Source of the DNA: Acidimicrobiia bacterium
Lineage (GTDB): Bacteria; Actinomycetota; Acidimicrobiia; Acidimicrobiales; JANYDT01
Length of the DNA: 64,000 nt
Assembly: GCA_031418035.1 (NCBI GenBank)
Contig: JANOWU010000051.1
Location: 20,803-84,802 of the forward strand
Reading direction: 5' to 3'
The notes beneath the pieces were generated by a model. The model had not been told where the DNA came from. It did no database searches and saw only the letters and a list, made by a program, of their open reading frames with translations. Made by a program: the position numbers and the translations under genes. Of the stretch, positions 40,348 to 51,542 are shown one piece after another. Positions within the stretch are counted from its first letter, which is position 1; every line of letters begins with the position of its first letter.

Positions 40348-42648
40348 TCACCTTTGGACCGCGCTGAGTTCGTGAGACTGGAGTTGCGGAGGTCGAGAGA
40401 CGCCGCGCCGCGCCGATGCCACAAGCAAATCGTGGACCCCAGCGGCCATCCGGTCGGGCGTAAAGGCTGCCTCGTATCGGTGCCGAGCGGCGATACCCAT
40501 CTCGACGCGTCGCACGGAGTCGTTCAGCAATGTATCGAGAGCACGGAGGAGCGAGGAGCCGTCTCCCGGTTCGGCGAGAAGCCCCGTCGTCTCGTCGTCC
40601 ACCACCTCCGGAACACCGCCGGTTCGACAGGCGACAACGGGTTTCGAGTACATCATCGCTTCGACGGCGACGAGGCCGAAAGACTCGAAACGCGACGGCG
40701 CAACGACAATGTCGGCCGATTGGTAGAAGCCACGTAGCCGCATTTCGTCGACCTCGCCATGGAACGCGAAACGCATCGGAAGGTTCGTGGCCGCAGGCGA
40801 TTTGAGAAACTCCTCTCGAAACGACATCCCCGTTGGCGACAAGATGGTGTCGTCGCCTACGAAATCGATCCACACGTTTTGGTGTCGACGAAGCAGCTCC
40901 GGGGTGATGTCGAGCATCACATCGATTCCCTTGCGCAACTCAAGACGACCGATGAAGCAAATTCTTACGTGGCCAGCCGGGAGCTCGGCGGGAAGCGTAC
41001 CCCCGGAACCGGTCCAATCATGGAGACCGAGCGGGACGACGTCCGTCGTAGACCGCGAAAATTGCAGGCCGTAATCTGCTTCGATGTCTGACACGATCGC
41101 ATTGCTGATGGCATGGACACCCGTGCTCGCTGTCAACATGAGTCGTTCGACGCGAAGCATGGGGTCGACAAAGTCCCGCTTGAAGGCGAGATCCTCGCGC
41201 AAGTTCGGGTTGGACCGCAGGAAGCCCGAAAGGCTCGTCTGCAAGCTCGTCACTACGGCGAACTTGTTCTCCAAGACAAACGCAACACCTTCCGCGTCCC
41301 ACAGCGGGGCATATACCGCATCAATCTGGCGTTTGGCCGCTATCTCGCACGCTTCATCGAACATCGTTCGCGAGTAGTTCCAAATGTGGGCCGGGACACG
41401 GTGGCCGTCGGTTCGGGTGAGAGGCGTCGGGTGATCTCGAATCAGTATCCGATGAACCCATACACCGTCTTCGAAGTCGACCCGATCATGACCCTGTCCC
41501 GCCGTCAGGACGTGCACCTGGTGCCCCGCTGCTGCCAGCGACCGAGCCAACGCCGCGATGTAGCGCCCCACGCCTCCGGTGCTTCTCGGCGGGAAGGCGT
41601 GCGTGAGCAGCACCCAGCAGTACGAATCCGAACTCGCGGTATGGGTCGAAAATCGCCGGAATTCCATGGTTGGGACCGGACAGAATTCTGGGCCTGCGAG
41701 TCGTCTCGTCCCTTCGGTCCCGCGCCTCAAACCCACACGGAGCGCGGCCTCAATTTCGGCCTCGAATCTGTCGGCTGCGGCAGCGTCGAGCATGTCTTCA
41801 TCGATCGCCCAGTGAACGTGGGCGCGGTACTCCGCGATCAAGCGCTGGACGACCGTGAGCACTTCGTTTATGGATGCATGACCATGGTTGTTCAGCATGG
41901 AGAAGTAGAGCTTGTTCTTTACCACCGAGTACCAGCTGGTAAGCACCCGCGAACTATTTCGGATGTTGCTCGGCATGTACTTGTGATGCACGAACCCGAC
42001 GTCGAGTTGAGCAACCTTCCATCCGGCATCGACCAGTCGACAGATCAGGTCACTTTCGTCGAGAAAGTATTCGTACTCTTCATCGAAGCCACGCATTTCG
42101 ACCAGTGCCGAGCGACGGAACGCGCTATTCGCCATAACGTGTGGAAACCGTGCGGAGTACGGGAAGTTGAGTTCAGGGCAGGCACGCTCCCAGGACGTGT
42201 CGGCGTCGCCGAATCGGTCAACAGTGCCGAAGCGCCACTGGAAGTCCTTTCCCGTGTGGTCGTACAGGAAACCCCCTGCGACGGCCACCGTCGGGTCATC
42301 AAACTGGGGCGCCAGGTCTCGGAGAAGTTCGGGCTCCGGTACGGAGTCGTCGTCGAGGAACACGACGATTTCGCCGGCGGCCATGGTGAGAGCGATGTTG
42401 CGCGACCGCGACAAGTTTCGTTCTGGGCACGTGCCGATCTTCAGTTCTTCGCCGTAGGTGCGACAGAGTTCGAGCGAGCCATCGGGCGTCGGCCCCACGA
42501 CAACGACCACTTCGAAGTCGCGATACTCAAGGAAGCGGAGACTCTGCAGGCAGATGCGAAGCATGTCGCGGCGATTGTCGGTGTTGATGATCACCGAAAC
42601 GGTCGGCTGGGCGCTCTCGGACCGCGCCGAATCGAAGCGCTTCCTCAC
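40348..42648 (-). CDS. Dual-domain glycosyltransferase: N-terminal GT2 (GT-A) plus C-terminal GT4 (GT-B)
   Basis: 766 aa. GT2 part: VSVIINTDNRRDML...FEVVVVVGP...VVFLDDDSVPEP. GT4 part: PRSTGGVGRYIAALA...FIGRLELRKGID...VAPSRFESFGLVAVEAMMYSKPVVACRTGGVPEVV. The GTG start overlaps the upstream stop (GTGA). Confidence 0.88.
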   Translation of the reverse strand: MRKRFDSARSESAQPTVSVIINTDNRRDMLRICLQSLRFLEYRDFEVVVVVGPTPDGSLELCRTYGEELKIGTCPERNLSRSRNIALTMAAGEIVVFLDDDSVPEPELLRDLAPQFDDPTVAVAGGFLYDHTGKDFQWRFGTVDRFGDADTSWERACPELNFPYSARFPHVMANSAFRRSALVEMRGFDEEYEYFLDESDLICRLVDAGWKVAQLDVGFVHHKYMPSNIRNSSRVLTSWYSVVKNKLYFSMLNNHGHASINEVLTVVQRLIAEYRAHVHWAIDEDMLDAAAADRFEAEIEAALRVGLRRGTEGTRRLAGPEFCPVPTMEFRRFSTHTASSDSYCWVLLTHAFPPRSTGGVGRYIAALARSLAAAGHQVHVLTAGQGHDRVDFEDGVWVHRILIRDHPTPLTRTDGHRVPAHIWNYSRTMFDEACEIAAKRQIDAVYAPLWDAEGVAFVLENKFAVVTSLQTSLSGFLRSNPNLREDLAFKRDFVDPMLRVERLMLTASTGVHAISNAIVSDIEADYGLQFSRSTTDVVPLGLHDWTGSGGTLPAELPAGHVRICFIGRLELRKGIDVMLDITPELLRRHQNVWIDFVGDDTILSPTGMSFREEFLKSPAATNLPMRFAFHGEVDEMRLRGFYQSADIVVAPSRFESFGLVAVEAMMYSKPVVACRTGGVPEVVDDETTGLLAEPGDGSSLLRALDTLLNDSVRRVEMGIAARHRYEAAFTPDRMAAGVHDLLVASARRGVSRPPQLQSHELSAVQR

Positions 42649-43883
42649 GTCAGTACGACCTGCGGGTGTACGTCAATCTCCCCGGTCGCGGTGCCGAAAC
42701 GGTGTAGCTCGTGGACTTGCAGTAAGAGTTTTCGAAAACGCGCTCGTACGACCGCCGGTGCGTAGTCCTGAACGTATTGTCCACACGTTCGAGCGTACGC
42801 TCGATAACTCCCCGAACCGGTGCCGCGCCATTCATCGCTTCGGATCTGCTCCGTCGCTTGTTGAATTGCGACGCCAAGCGCACCGAGATCACCGGTGGGA
42901 ACGAGTGTGGACAGCGCGCCTCCGACACTGCCGGCGTTGGAATTGTCGTAGGTAATGACCCGACATCCGGCGGCGATTGCCTCGAGGATGGGTACGCAAA
43001 AACCTTCATGGTACGTAGGGAGGACGAACAGGTCGGCACTTTGCAGCACCTCGCCTTTCGCAGCTTCAGATGCATCGCCGACGAGCTCGACCGAAACTTT
43101 GCGCCCGATGTCGGTGCGCAGCGCATCAATGTGGCTCTGGACGCGGGCAAGTATTGACGGATTCGAGAACTCGGTGTTGCCAATCAGGTCGAGTCGAATA
43201 CTTCCGACCGCGTCGTTTCCAAGCAATTCTCCGATCGCTCGTAGGAGGTCCAAGACTCCTTTCGACTTCACAAATCGGCCTATGAACACGATTCTGACCA
43301 CCCCGTCACGGTGGCTGGGCTTAGTTGGGGGCGCGATTGCCGATGTGTGTACGGCCAGCGGCACGACGCTGGCCGGTGTGCTCACGCCGGATCCTCGAAG
43401 CATTTCGAGGTTTGTCATGCTGTCGCAGAAGACGTGGTCCGCCCACTGTGCATTGCTGATCTGGCGCAGGGAGACTTCAACTTCGTGGTGGCTTGATCGA
43501 GGCGAATGATCCTTCGGCGTGACATTGTGGAAGACGACGATGCGAGTCGCCCGTCGGGGAGCCAGGGGCAAAACATCGAAGAGCGGGTAACGCACCCCAA
43601 AGTGGGCGATCACAATGTCACTCGTTTGGAAATGTCGATGGAACAGGACATCCGCAACTGATTGGACAGCCACGAAGGGAAGGTCCGAATACTCGCAACG
43701 ATAGGCAAACAACTTCGAGTCGAATGGTTGCTCGGTCTGGAGCGCTGCTATTTCGTCGCGGACCGCCATCGATATCGCGTCTCTCTCGACGCACAGGCTA
43801 TTGATGAACGAGACCCTCGTCGGCGGAGAAGCATCAGTATTTCCCGTGTTCATGCCTTTGTCTGTGCTGTGAAGGCGCTCCAC
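42645..43883 (-). CDS. Glycosyltransferase family 4
   Basis: 412 aa. VFIGRFVKSKGVLDLL, LPTYHEGFCVPILEAIAAGCRVITYD. Starts 3 nt after the upstream methyltransferase stop. Confidence 0.85.
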   Translation of the reverse strand: MERLHSTDKGMNTGNTDASPPTRVSFINSLCVERDAISMAVRDEIAALQTEQPFDSKLFAYRCEYSDLPFVAVQSVADVLFHRHFQTSDIVIAHFGVRYPLFDVLPLAPRRATRIVVFHNVTPKDHSPRSSHHEVEVSLRQISNAQWADHVFCDSMTNLEMLRGSGVSTPASVVPLAVHTSAIAPPTKPSHRDGVVRIVFIGRFVKSKGVLDLLRAIGELLGNDAVGSIRLDLIGNTEFSNPSILARVQSHIDALRTDIGRKVSVELVGDASEAAKGEVLQSADLFVLPTYHEGFCVPILEAIAAGCRVITYDNSNAGSVGGALSTLVPTGDLGALGVAIQQATEQIRSDEWRGTGSGSYRAYARTCGQYVQDYAPAVVRARFRKLLLQVHELHRFGTATGEIDVHPQVVLT

Positions 43884-43886
43884 GAT

Positions 43887-44981
43887 TCAGCTGTCGACAG
43901 GTCGGGTCGCTGTGATTTCAAACTCGTAACAGATTCCATTCCTTCGGGCAGCCTCGACGACCTCCACATTGATAAAACCCGCATCCGTCAACTCTCGTTC
44001 GAGTGAGGCCGGGGTGAACATGTTGTAATGAAAGTCACCGTCGTAGTCTTGCCCACCAAACCAGACTTCGCGGAAGTCTTGATAGACCACGGTTCCGTCC
44101 GCTGCGCCAGAGATCATCGCCGCACCGTCAGGAACGACGGCCGTGAATCGACCACCTGGTTTGAGGAGCGAATGCCACGTTGGAAGGAGCACACGGCGTA
44201 GCTCCTCTTGGGGGAAGTGTTCGAGAACGTGAGCGGAATAGATCTCGGTCACGGATCCCAGTTCGAAGGGCAAATCGTCGACTTCGGCCACAACATCAAT
44301 GCCCGGCAATTCCCGCCGATCGATGTTTATGTAGGAATCCATCGGCACATGGCCAGCACCGAGGTTGACGCGCAATCCCTCCTTGATCGCTTCTCGGACC
44401 TTTTCATCATCGACAATTCTCGCTTCGGCACGAAGATCTTCGCCGGGTGAGGACCTTTTCGCACCGTATCGAAGTTCGAACATGAGCTCGCGTCGGACGA
44501 ATTCAACACGGCCTAGGAGGAATTGGATCGAGTCCGCGTGGGATTGGACCTGAGCGTGGAGCTCTACTAGCCCGGTGTGGTCGGCATCGATGCGCAGGGC
44601 GGAGTCGACAGCTGAGGCCCCAAGGCTCTGCATGCGCTCCACCTGCTCCTGCTGGACCCGAGCCAGGTTCCGAAGAGCGATCGGGGTCGACGTGACGAGA
44701 TTCTCGACTCGGCCGTCGAGAGCCAACTGACGATGATTCATCACCGAGACCGCTTCGAGCAACGACGGGAGTTGGTCGTCTTGAAACGTTCTGGCGACTG
44801 CAAGCTGCGCATCGGCCAATTGCTGCGAGGCAGCCACGGCGTCGACAGACCGGTGTGAGGTTGTCACGAGTGTTTCCCGGTACTCCGGGAGTCTGTAGAG
44901 CCCAGCCAGGATCGCAATCGGTCGGCCAACTACCGGAATACCGGCCGCCCGTCGAACAATCTGCCTCAACTTCGCGTACAT
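43887..44981 (-). CDS. SAM-dependent methyltransferase with about 200-aa helical (coiled-coil-like) N-terminal region; candidate glycan chain terminator
   Basis: ATG 44981 preceded by GAGGA. N-terminal two thirds are Leu/Gln/Ala/Arg-rich with few Pro/Gly. C-terminal MTase core: VNLGAGHVPMDSYINID, IYSAHVLEHF, LKPGGRFTAVVPD. Directly downstream of wzm-wzt. Confidence 0.8.
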   Translation of the reverse strand: MYAKLRQIVRRAAGIPVVGRPIAILAGLYRLPEYRETLVTTSHRSVDAVAASQQLADAQLAVARTFQDDQLPSLLEAVSVMNHRQLALDGRVENLVTSTPIALRNLARVQQEQVERMQSLGASAVDSALRIDADHTGLVELHAQVQSHADSIQFLLGRVEFVRRELMFELRYGAKRSSPGEDLRAEARIVDDEKVREAIKEGLRVNLGAGHVPMDSYINIDRRELPGIDVVAEVDDLPFELGSVTEIYSAHVLEHFPQEELRRVLLPTWHSLLKPGGRFTAVVPDGAAMISGAADGTVVYQDFREVWFGGQDYDGDFHYNMFTPASLERELTDAGFINVEVVEAARRNGICYEFEITATRPVDS

Positions 44982-45167
44982 GATGTGGATCCTCGGTGTC
45001 CTAGATGTTGATGCCGGTGATACTCGGGGACGATTCGCGCCACCATATCCAAACGCCTCGCCTCGCCATTCCCTGCAATACGGGCAGCGTACTATTTCGT
45101 CGAACAAAAGACGCGACCATCTGACAGGGTGACTCGAATCGAGAAACCAACAAGATGTCTCGCAGGC

Positions 45168-46091
45168 TTAAAGATCCTCGACGAACCAGGGGGAACGTCG
45201 AATGAAAAACCGATACCCCAAGAAGAACACGAGAACCGAGACGACCGTAAGCCCGGCTACTGTCGCGAGCCCTGGCAAACGTACGTCGAAAAAGATATTC
45301 CGGAACACCTGCGCGAACCGCGCAACCGGGTTCAGTTGAAGGATTGTCCGAACGGGAAGCGCCTTGCCAAACACCGCGTAGTTCTTCGGTATGAGACTTA
45401 CCGGGTACACGATCGGCGTCAGGTAAAGCCACACGAGAAAGAGCACACCTGTGATGTGTTGGATATCTCGGAAGCGGATGTTTAAAGCGGCAAAAACCAG
45501 AGCGATCCCAGACGTAAACAACGTCAGGAGAACGACCAGATAAAGGACAATCGGGAGAAAGTGAAATACGAAATGTCCGGTAAACAGGACCAATAGTCCA
45601 AGCACGCCGAGTTCGATCAGAAACGACACGACCAGTGCACACACCGCACCGAACACCAGGTGCTCACGTGCGAAATACACCTTCTGCATCATTGCGCTGC
45701 CACCCATGAGCGCGCCGATGCCGGCGTTCACTCCGCCTTGAAACATGTTCCAAGGGAGGAGAGCAGCCAGCAGATTGACAACGTAAAGTCGCTGCCCACT
45801 CGGATCGCCCGCCGGGGCAGTGACCCGAAAGACAACCACAAACACAAAGGTGTAGACGAGGGCCGTGGCGGCCGGACTGATCATTGACCAGGCCCATCCG
45901 AGTATCGATCGACGGTACCGCGAACGAAGGTCTCGTTGAATGAAGCTAACCAATAGCTCACGGTCGATCCAGGCTCGACGAAGTGACTTTCGGACGGTCG
46001 GTCGAACGTTGAGAATTCGTTCTTTCTGAGACTGTGCGGCAGTCGCAACCGAGGTGTCTGGACTACTTCCGACAACGTGGTTCACGGTCAT
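45168..46091 (-). CDS. wzm: ABC-2 type polysaccharide export permease
   Basis: ATG 46091 overlaps the wzt stop (ATGA). LRSRYRRSILGWAWSMISP signature region. Six hydrophobic segments visible. Confidence 0.88.
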   Translation of the reverse strand: MTVNHVVGSSPDTSVATAAQSQKERILNVRPTVRKSLRRAWIDRELLVSFIQRDLRSRYRRSILGWAWSMISPAATALVYTFVFVVVFRVTAPAGDPSGQRLYVVNLLAALLPWNMFQGGVNAGIGALMGGSAMMQKVYFAREHLVFGAVCALVVSFLIELGVLGLLVLFTGHFVFHFLPIVLYLVVLLTLFTSGIALVFAALNIRFRDIQHITGVLFLVWLYLTPIVYPVSLIPKNYAVFGKALPVRTILQLNPVARFAQVFRNIFFDVRLPGLATVAGLTVVSVLVFFLGYRFFIRRSPWFVEDL

Positions 46092-47269
46092 GTAATGGTC
46101 CAATCGCCAGCAAGTTCAATCAGCCCGAGTCGTTCGACATGTTCGGAGCCGGGGGCGACTTCAAACCGACAGTTGCGCTCTGAAGCATCGATGACAACCT
46201 GAGAAGCCTGGTCCACGAGCGCAACAGATACTTCATAGTCTGCGGGGAGCAGTTGGCAGTGAGGAACGGCGAGGCGTAGCGAGGTACGGCCAACCGGAAT
46301 CTGCAGTCGTGGGGCCATCGCTCGCGTGTTTGCGCCTGCGACGAGCACTCCATCCGTGCGATACAGGGAGTAGCTCAACACGGGGTTGTCAATCGGAGAA
46401 ACCGCATCAATAGCGAAATCGAGGAAGAAGGGCGTCCCCGTGCGAGGCGAGGGCGATTCGCTGCCGGTTGTAACGGTGACATTCACCCGAGCGGCTCCAG
46501 TCCCGTTTCGAAAGCGACCCGATTCGTCGATCAGACCAGTTGGGTGCACCGACGTGATGTACTGATCGACGACGTCAGCCGTTTTGCCGATCGCACGAAG
46601 CTGACCGTGATCGATCCACGCAGCCGTATCGCACAGTTGTTGCACGGACCCTAGGGAGTGACTTACCAACACGACTGTTCTGCCTCCGGCCCGAAGTTGC
46701 GCAATCTTCTCGGCAGACTTTCGTTGAAAACCTTCGTCGCCCACCGAAAGCACTTCATCGAGCAACAAGACATCAGGATCCACGTTGACTGCCACCGCGA
46801 AAGCAAGGCGCGCATACATTCCCGACGAGTACGTCTTCACAGGTGAGTCGATAAACGACTCGATTCCAGCGAATTCAACAATTTCTGACAGCCGCTCCCG
46901 AAGGACCTTTCGCGAAAGACCGAGGATGGCGCCATTCACAAACACGTTCTCGCGACCCGTGAGCTCGGGGTGAAACCCCGCGCCCAATTCCAGCAGCGCG
47001 CTTACCCGTCCGTGCACTTCGATTCTCCCTCGATCTGGAACGAGAATTTGCGACAGCAACTTGAGGGTCGTCGATTTCCCAGCCCCGTTCCCACCAATGA
47101 TCCCGAAGGTCGAGCCTTCCGGTACGGAAAACGAAATGTCACGCAGGGCCCAGAACTCCTCGAAACGCAGTCGACGCCTCCGAAGTAGCGTCTGCTTGAG
47201 GGCTTGATTTCTCTCCGAGTAGATTCGAAACGCCTTCGAAACGTTGTCGACGACAATGGAATCGCTCAT
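46088..47269 (-). CDS. wzt: Polysaccharide export ABC ATPase with C-terminal Wzt_C-like glycan-binding domain
   Basis: Start at ATG 47269 (MSDSIVVDNVSKAF...). Walker A GGNGAGKST, signature YSSGMYARL, Walker B LLLDEVLSVGD. About 145 extra C-terminal residues (RFRNGTGAARVNVTV...LLPADYEVSVALVD...FEV) have the beta-rich pattern of Wzt C-terminal domains. Confidence 0.88.
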   Translation of the reverse strand: MSDSIVVDNVSKAFRIYSERNQALKQTLLRRRRLRFEEFWALRDISFSVPEGSTFGIIGGNGAGKSTTLKLLSQILVPDRGRIEVHGRVSALLELGAGFHPELTGRENVFVNGAILGLSRKVLRERLSEIVEFAGIESFIDSPVKTYSSGMYARLAFAVAVNVDPDVLLLDEVLSVGDEGFQRKSAEKIAQLRAGGRTVVLVSHSLGSVQQLCDTAAWIDHGQLRAIGKTADVVDQYITSVHPTGLIDESGRFRNGTGAARVNVTVTTGSESPSPRTGTPFFLDFAIDAVSPIDNPVLSYSLYRTDGVLVAGANTRAMAPRLQIPVGRTSLRLAVPHCQLLPADYEVSVALVDQASQVVIDASERNCRFEVAPGSEHVERLGLIELAGDWTIT

Positions 47270-47470
47270 TCGCCCGCACCGCGCAGACCACTTCGAAACG
47301 ATCCGCGGCTGATTGCGCTCCTCCATCGTCGAGGGATGGACACGGTTCGAATGACAGAGCGGGACGGGTTCATGGTGATTACTCCGCGACGGAGATGAAA
47401 TGCTACCGGCCTTCGCTCCCTTGAACGCGCATCCCACTGGCCGCCGAAGCCTCGCGGCAGAATCGATCTC

Positions 47471-50156
<2,686 letters not shown>

Positions 50157-50221
50157 TCACCCAGTCTTATCGATTGCGACCCCCGTCTTGAGCATTTCCC
50201 GAGAAACGAGCTCCAAGTTGA

Positions 50222-51397
50222 CTATCTCGTATAGCCGAGAAGGTCGATCACGCCGTTGCTCGAACCGGTGGTGAACGCAGCGCGAACCCGGTACCTGAGA
50301 GCGGAGCTCAACGGCACGAAGGTTGTGCTGGCGATCTGCATACCGGCAGACCAGTAACAGTTGATCGTCCCCGGGTTGGCTGTCCCGTCCTTGAACGCGG
50401 TGAGATATCCGTCCGATGTCGTTTCGAAAGCCTGCATCGAGATGATGGCGGCCGTAGCGCCAGCAGGCAGAACGCCGGTCATGTCAAACACCGCTTCCCA
50501 TCCGCTGGCCAGACGACCCTTTGGACCGGCAGCGGACTGAGATGGTCGACTGTCGAACGTGCGCACCGGAGTCGAGAGGAAGTGGATAGTGCCCGCAGCT
50601 CCAGGTCCGGCAATCTTTTGGAACCGCCCAGGATAATCGGGCGCGCCCAGCGTTCCCTTCACACCGGCCACGACGCACACGTAGGTGTCACCGGAGGCTG
50701 TCGTGAACAAATCGCCGATTGCGTAAACACCAGACGTCGGCACGCCAGTTGACCCAACGGTGTGCGGAGTCATACCAATGCGTCCAACGCCGCCGGCGTA
50801 CACGTCGTAGCCCGAATTCGACACACCGTACACGCCATACCCTGCGTCGGATCGACCAAGGACACCTGCACCGCCAGGCCCATCGGATTGACCGGAAACG
50901 CCAGCTGCATTTCGACCGCCAACGCCGCGAAGTCCTGCATCGTCGATCGGCAACGAGGTATCGGGCACACCTGTGGTGTTCGTAACCTGCGTGGTGGCGG
51001 TTCCCGTCGTGGAAGTTCCTTGCCGTACATCGTCGCCGTTTGCTGCAGCGGCGGGCGATGCTGCTGCGATTGTCGCTACCGCGGCACCGATCGAAGCTTT
51101 TCCGGCGAGCCGAAGAAAGGAACGTCGATTCGTGCTTGCGACTTCCGTGGAGCTGTCCGCCGATTGGGGGGCCGACGCCGAGGTCATCGATGGTGAAGCG
51201 ACAGTTTGTGCACCAATCGTTGAGGATTGATTGTTCGTGCCCTCACCACCCTCAAAGGAGGCAAGGCGCTGCTCAAGCCGCGCTACCCGCTCCAAGAGCG
51301 CAGAAAGTTGCGCTACGTCGGATTGCGATTCGAAGGAGCGATCTGGATCGTTTACACCCGTATTCGCCGTCGACAGAGATTCAAATTCAGCCATCAC
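50222..51397 (-). CDS. Secreted (twin-arginine motif) protein of unknown function with Gly-rich repeats
   Basis: 391 aa from GTG 51397. Alternative ATG 51187 would put NRRSFLRLAGKASIGAAVATIAAASPAAA at a normal signal-peptide position. Repeats of the type GV-x-G-x-S/N (GVGGRNAAGVSGQSDG..GVLGRSDAGYGVYGVSNSGYDVYAGGVG). Confidence 0.65.
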   Translation of the reverse strand: MMAEFESLSTANTGVNDPDRSFESQSDVAQLSALLERVARLEQRLASFEGGEGTNNQSSTIGAQTVASPSMTSASAPQSADSSTEVASTNRRSFLRLAGKASIGAAVATIAAASPAAAANGDDVRQGTSTTGTATTQVTNTTGVPDTSLPIDDAGLRGVGGRNAAGVSGQSDGPGGAGVLGRSDAGYGVYGVSNSGYDVYAGGVGRIGMTPHTVGSTGVPTSGVYAIGDLFTTASGDTYVCVVAGVKGTLGAPDYPGRFQKIAGPGAAGTIHFLSTPVRTFDSRPSQSAAGPKGRLASGWEAVFDMTGVLPAGATAAIISMQAFETTSDGYLTAFKDGTANPGTINCYWSAGMQIASTTFVPLSSALRYRVRAAFTTGSSNGVIDLLGYTR

Positions 51398-51542
51398 AAA
51401 TGCTTAATTCACGGAAGCCCCGAAAGCAATAGCGATATACGACGCTTCGTCGACGCGGAGCCGACATCTACGTTGGCCCTGCGTGCCTACGGACGTCCAC
51501 CAACGCGGCCTAGCCTGGGTTTCAATGATCCCCGAGAGGCAA

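Noticed and set aside
41113-42765. 550-aa ORF on the plus strand
   Set aside because: It is antisense to the GT2/GT4 fusion gene. The minus-strand product has complete GT-A and GT-B signatures, while this ORF has none.
45001-45642. 213-aa ORF on the minus strand, out of frame with wzm
   Set aside because: It overlaps the ABC-2 permease gene, which has the expected hydrophobic profile and signature. This ORF has none and bridges the 186-nt spacer.
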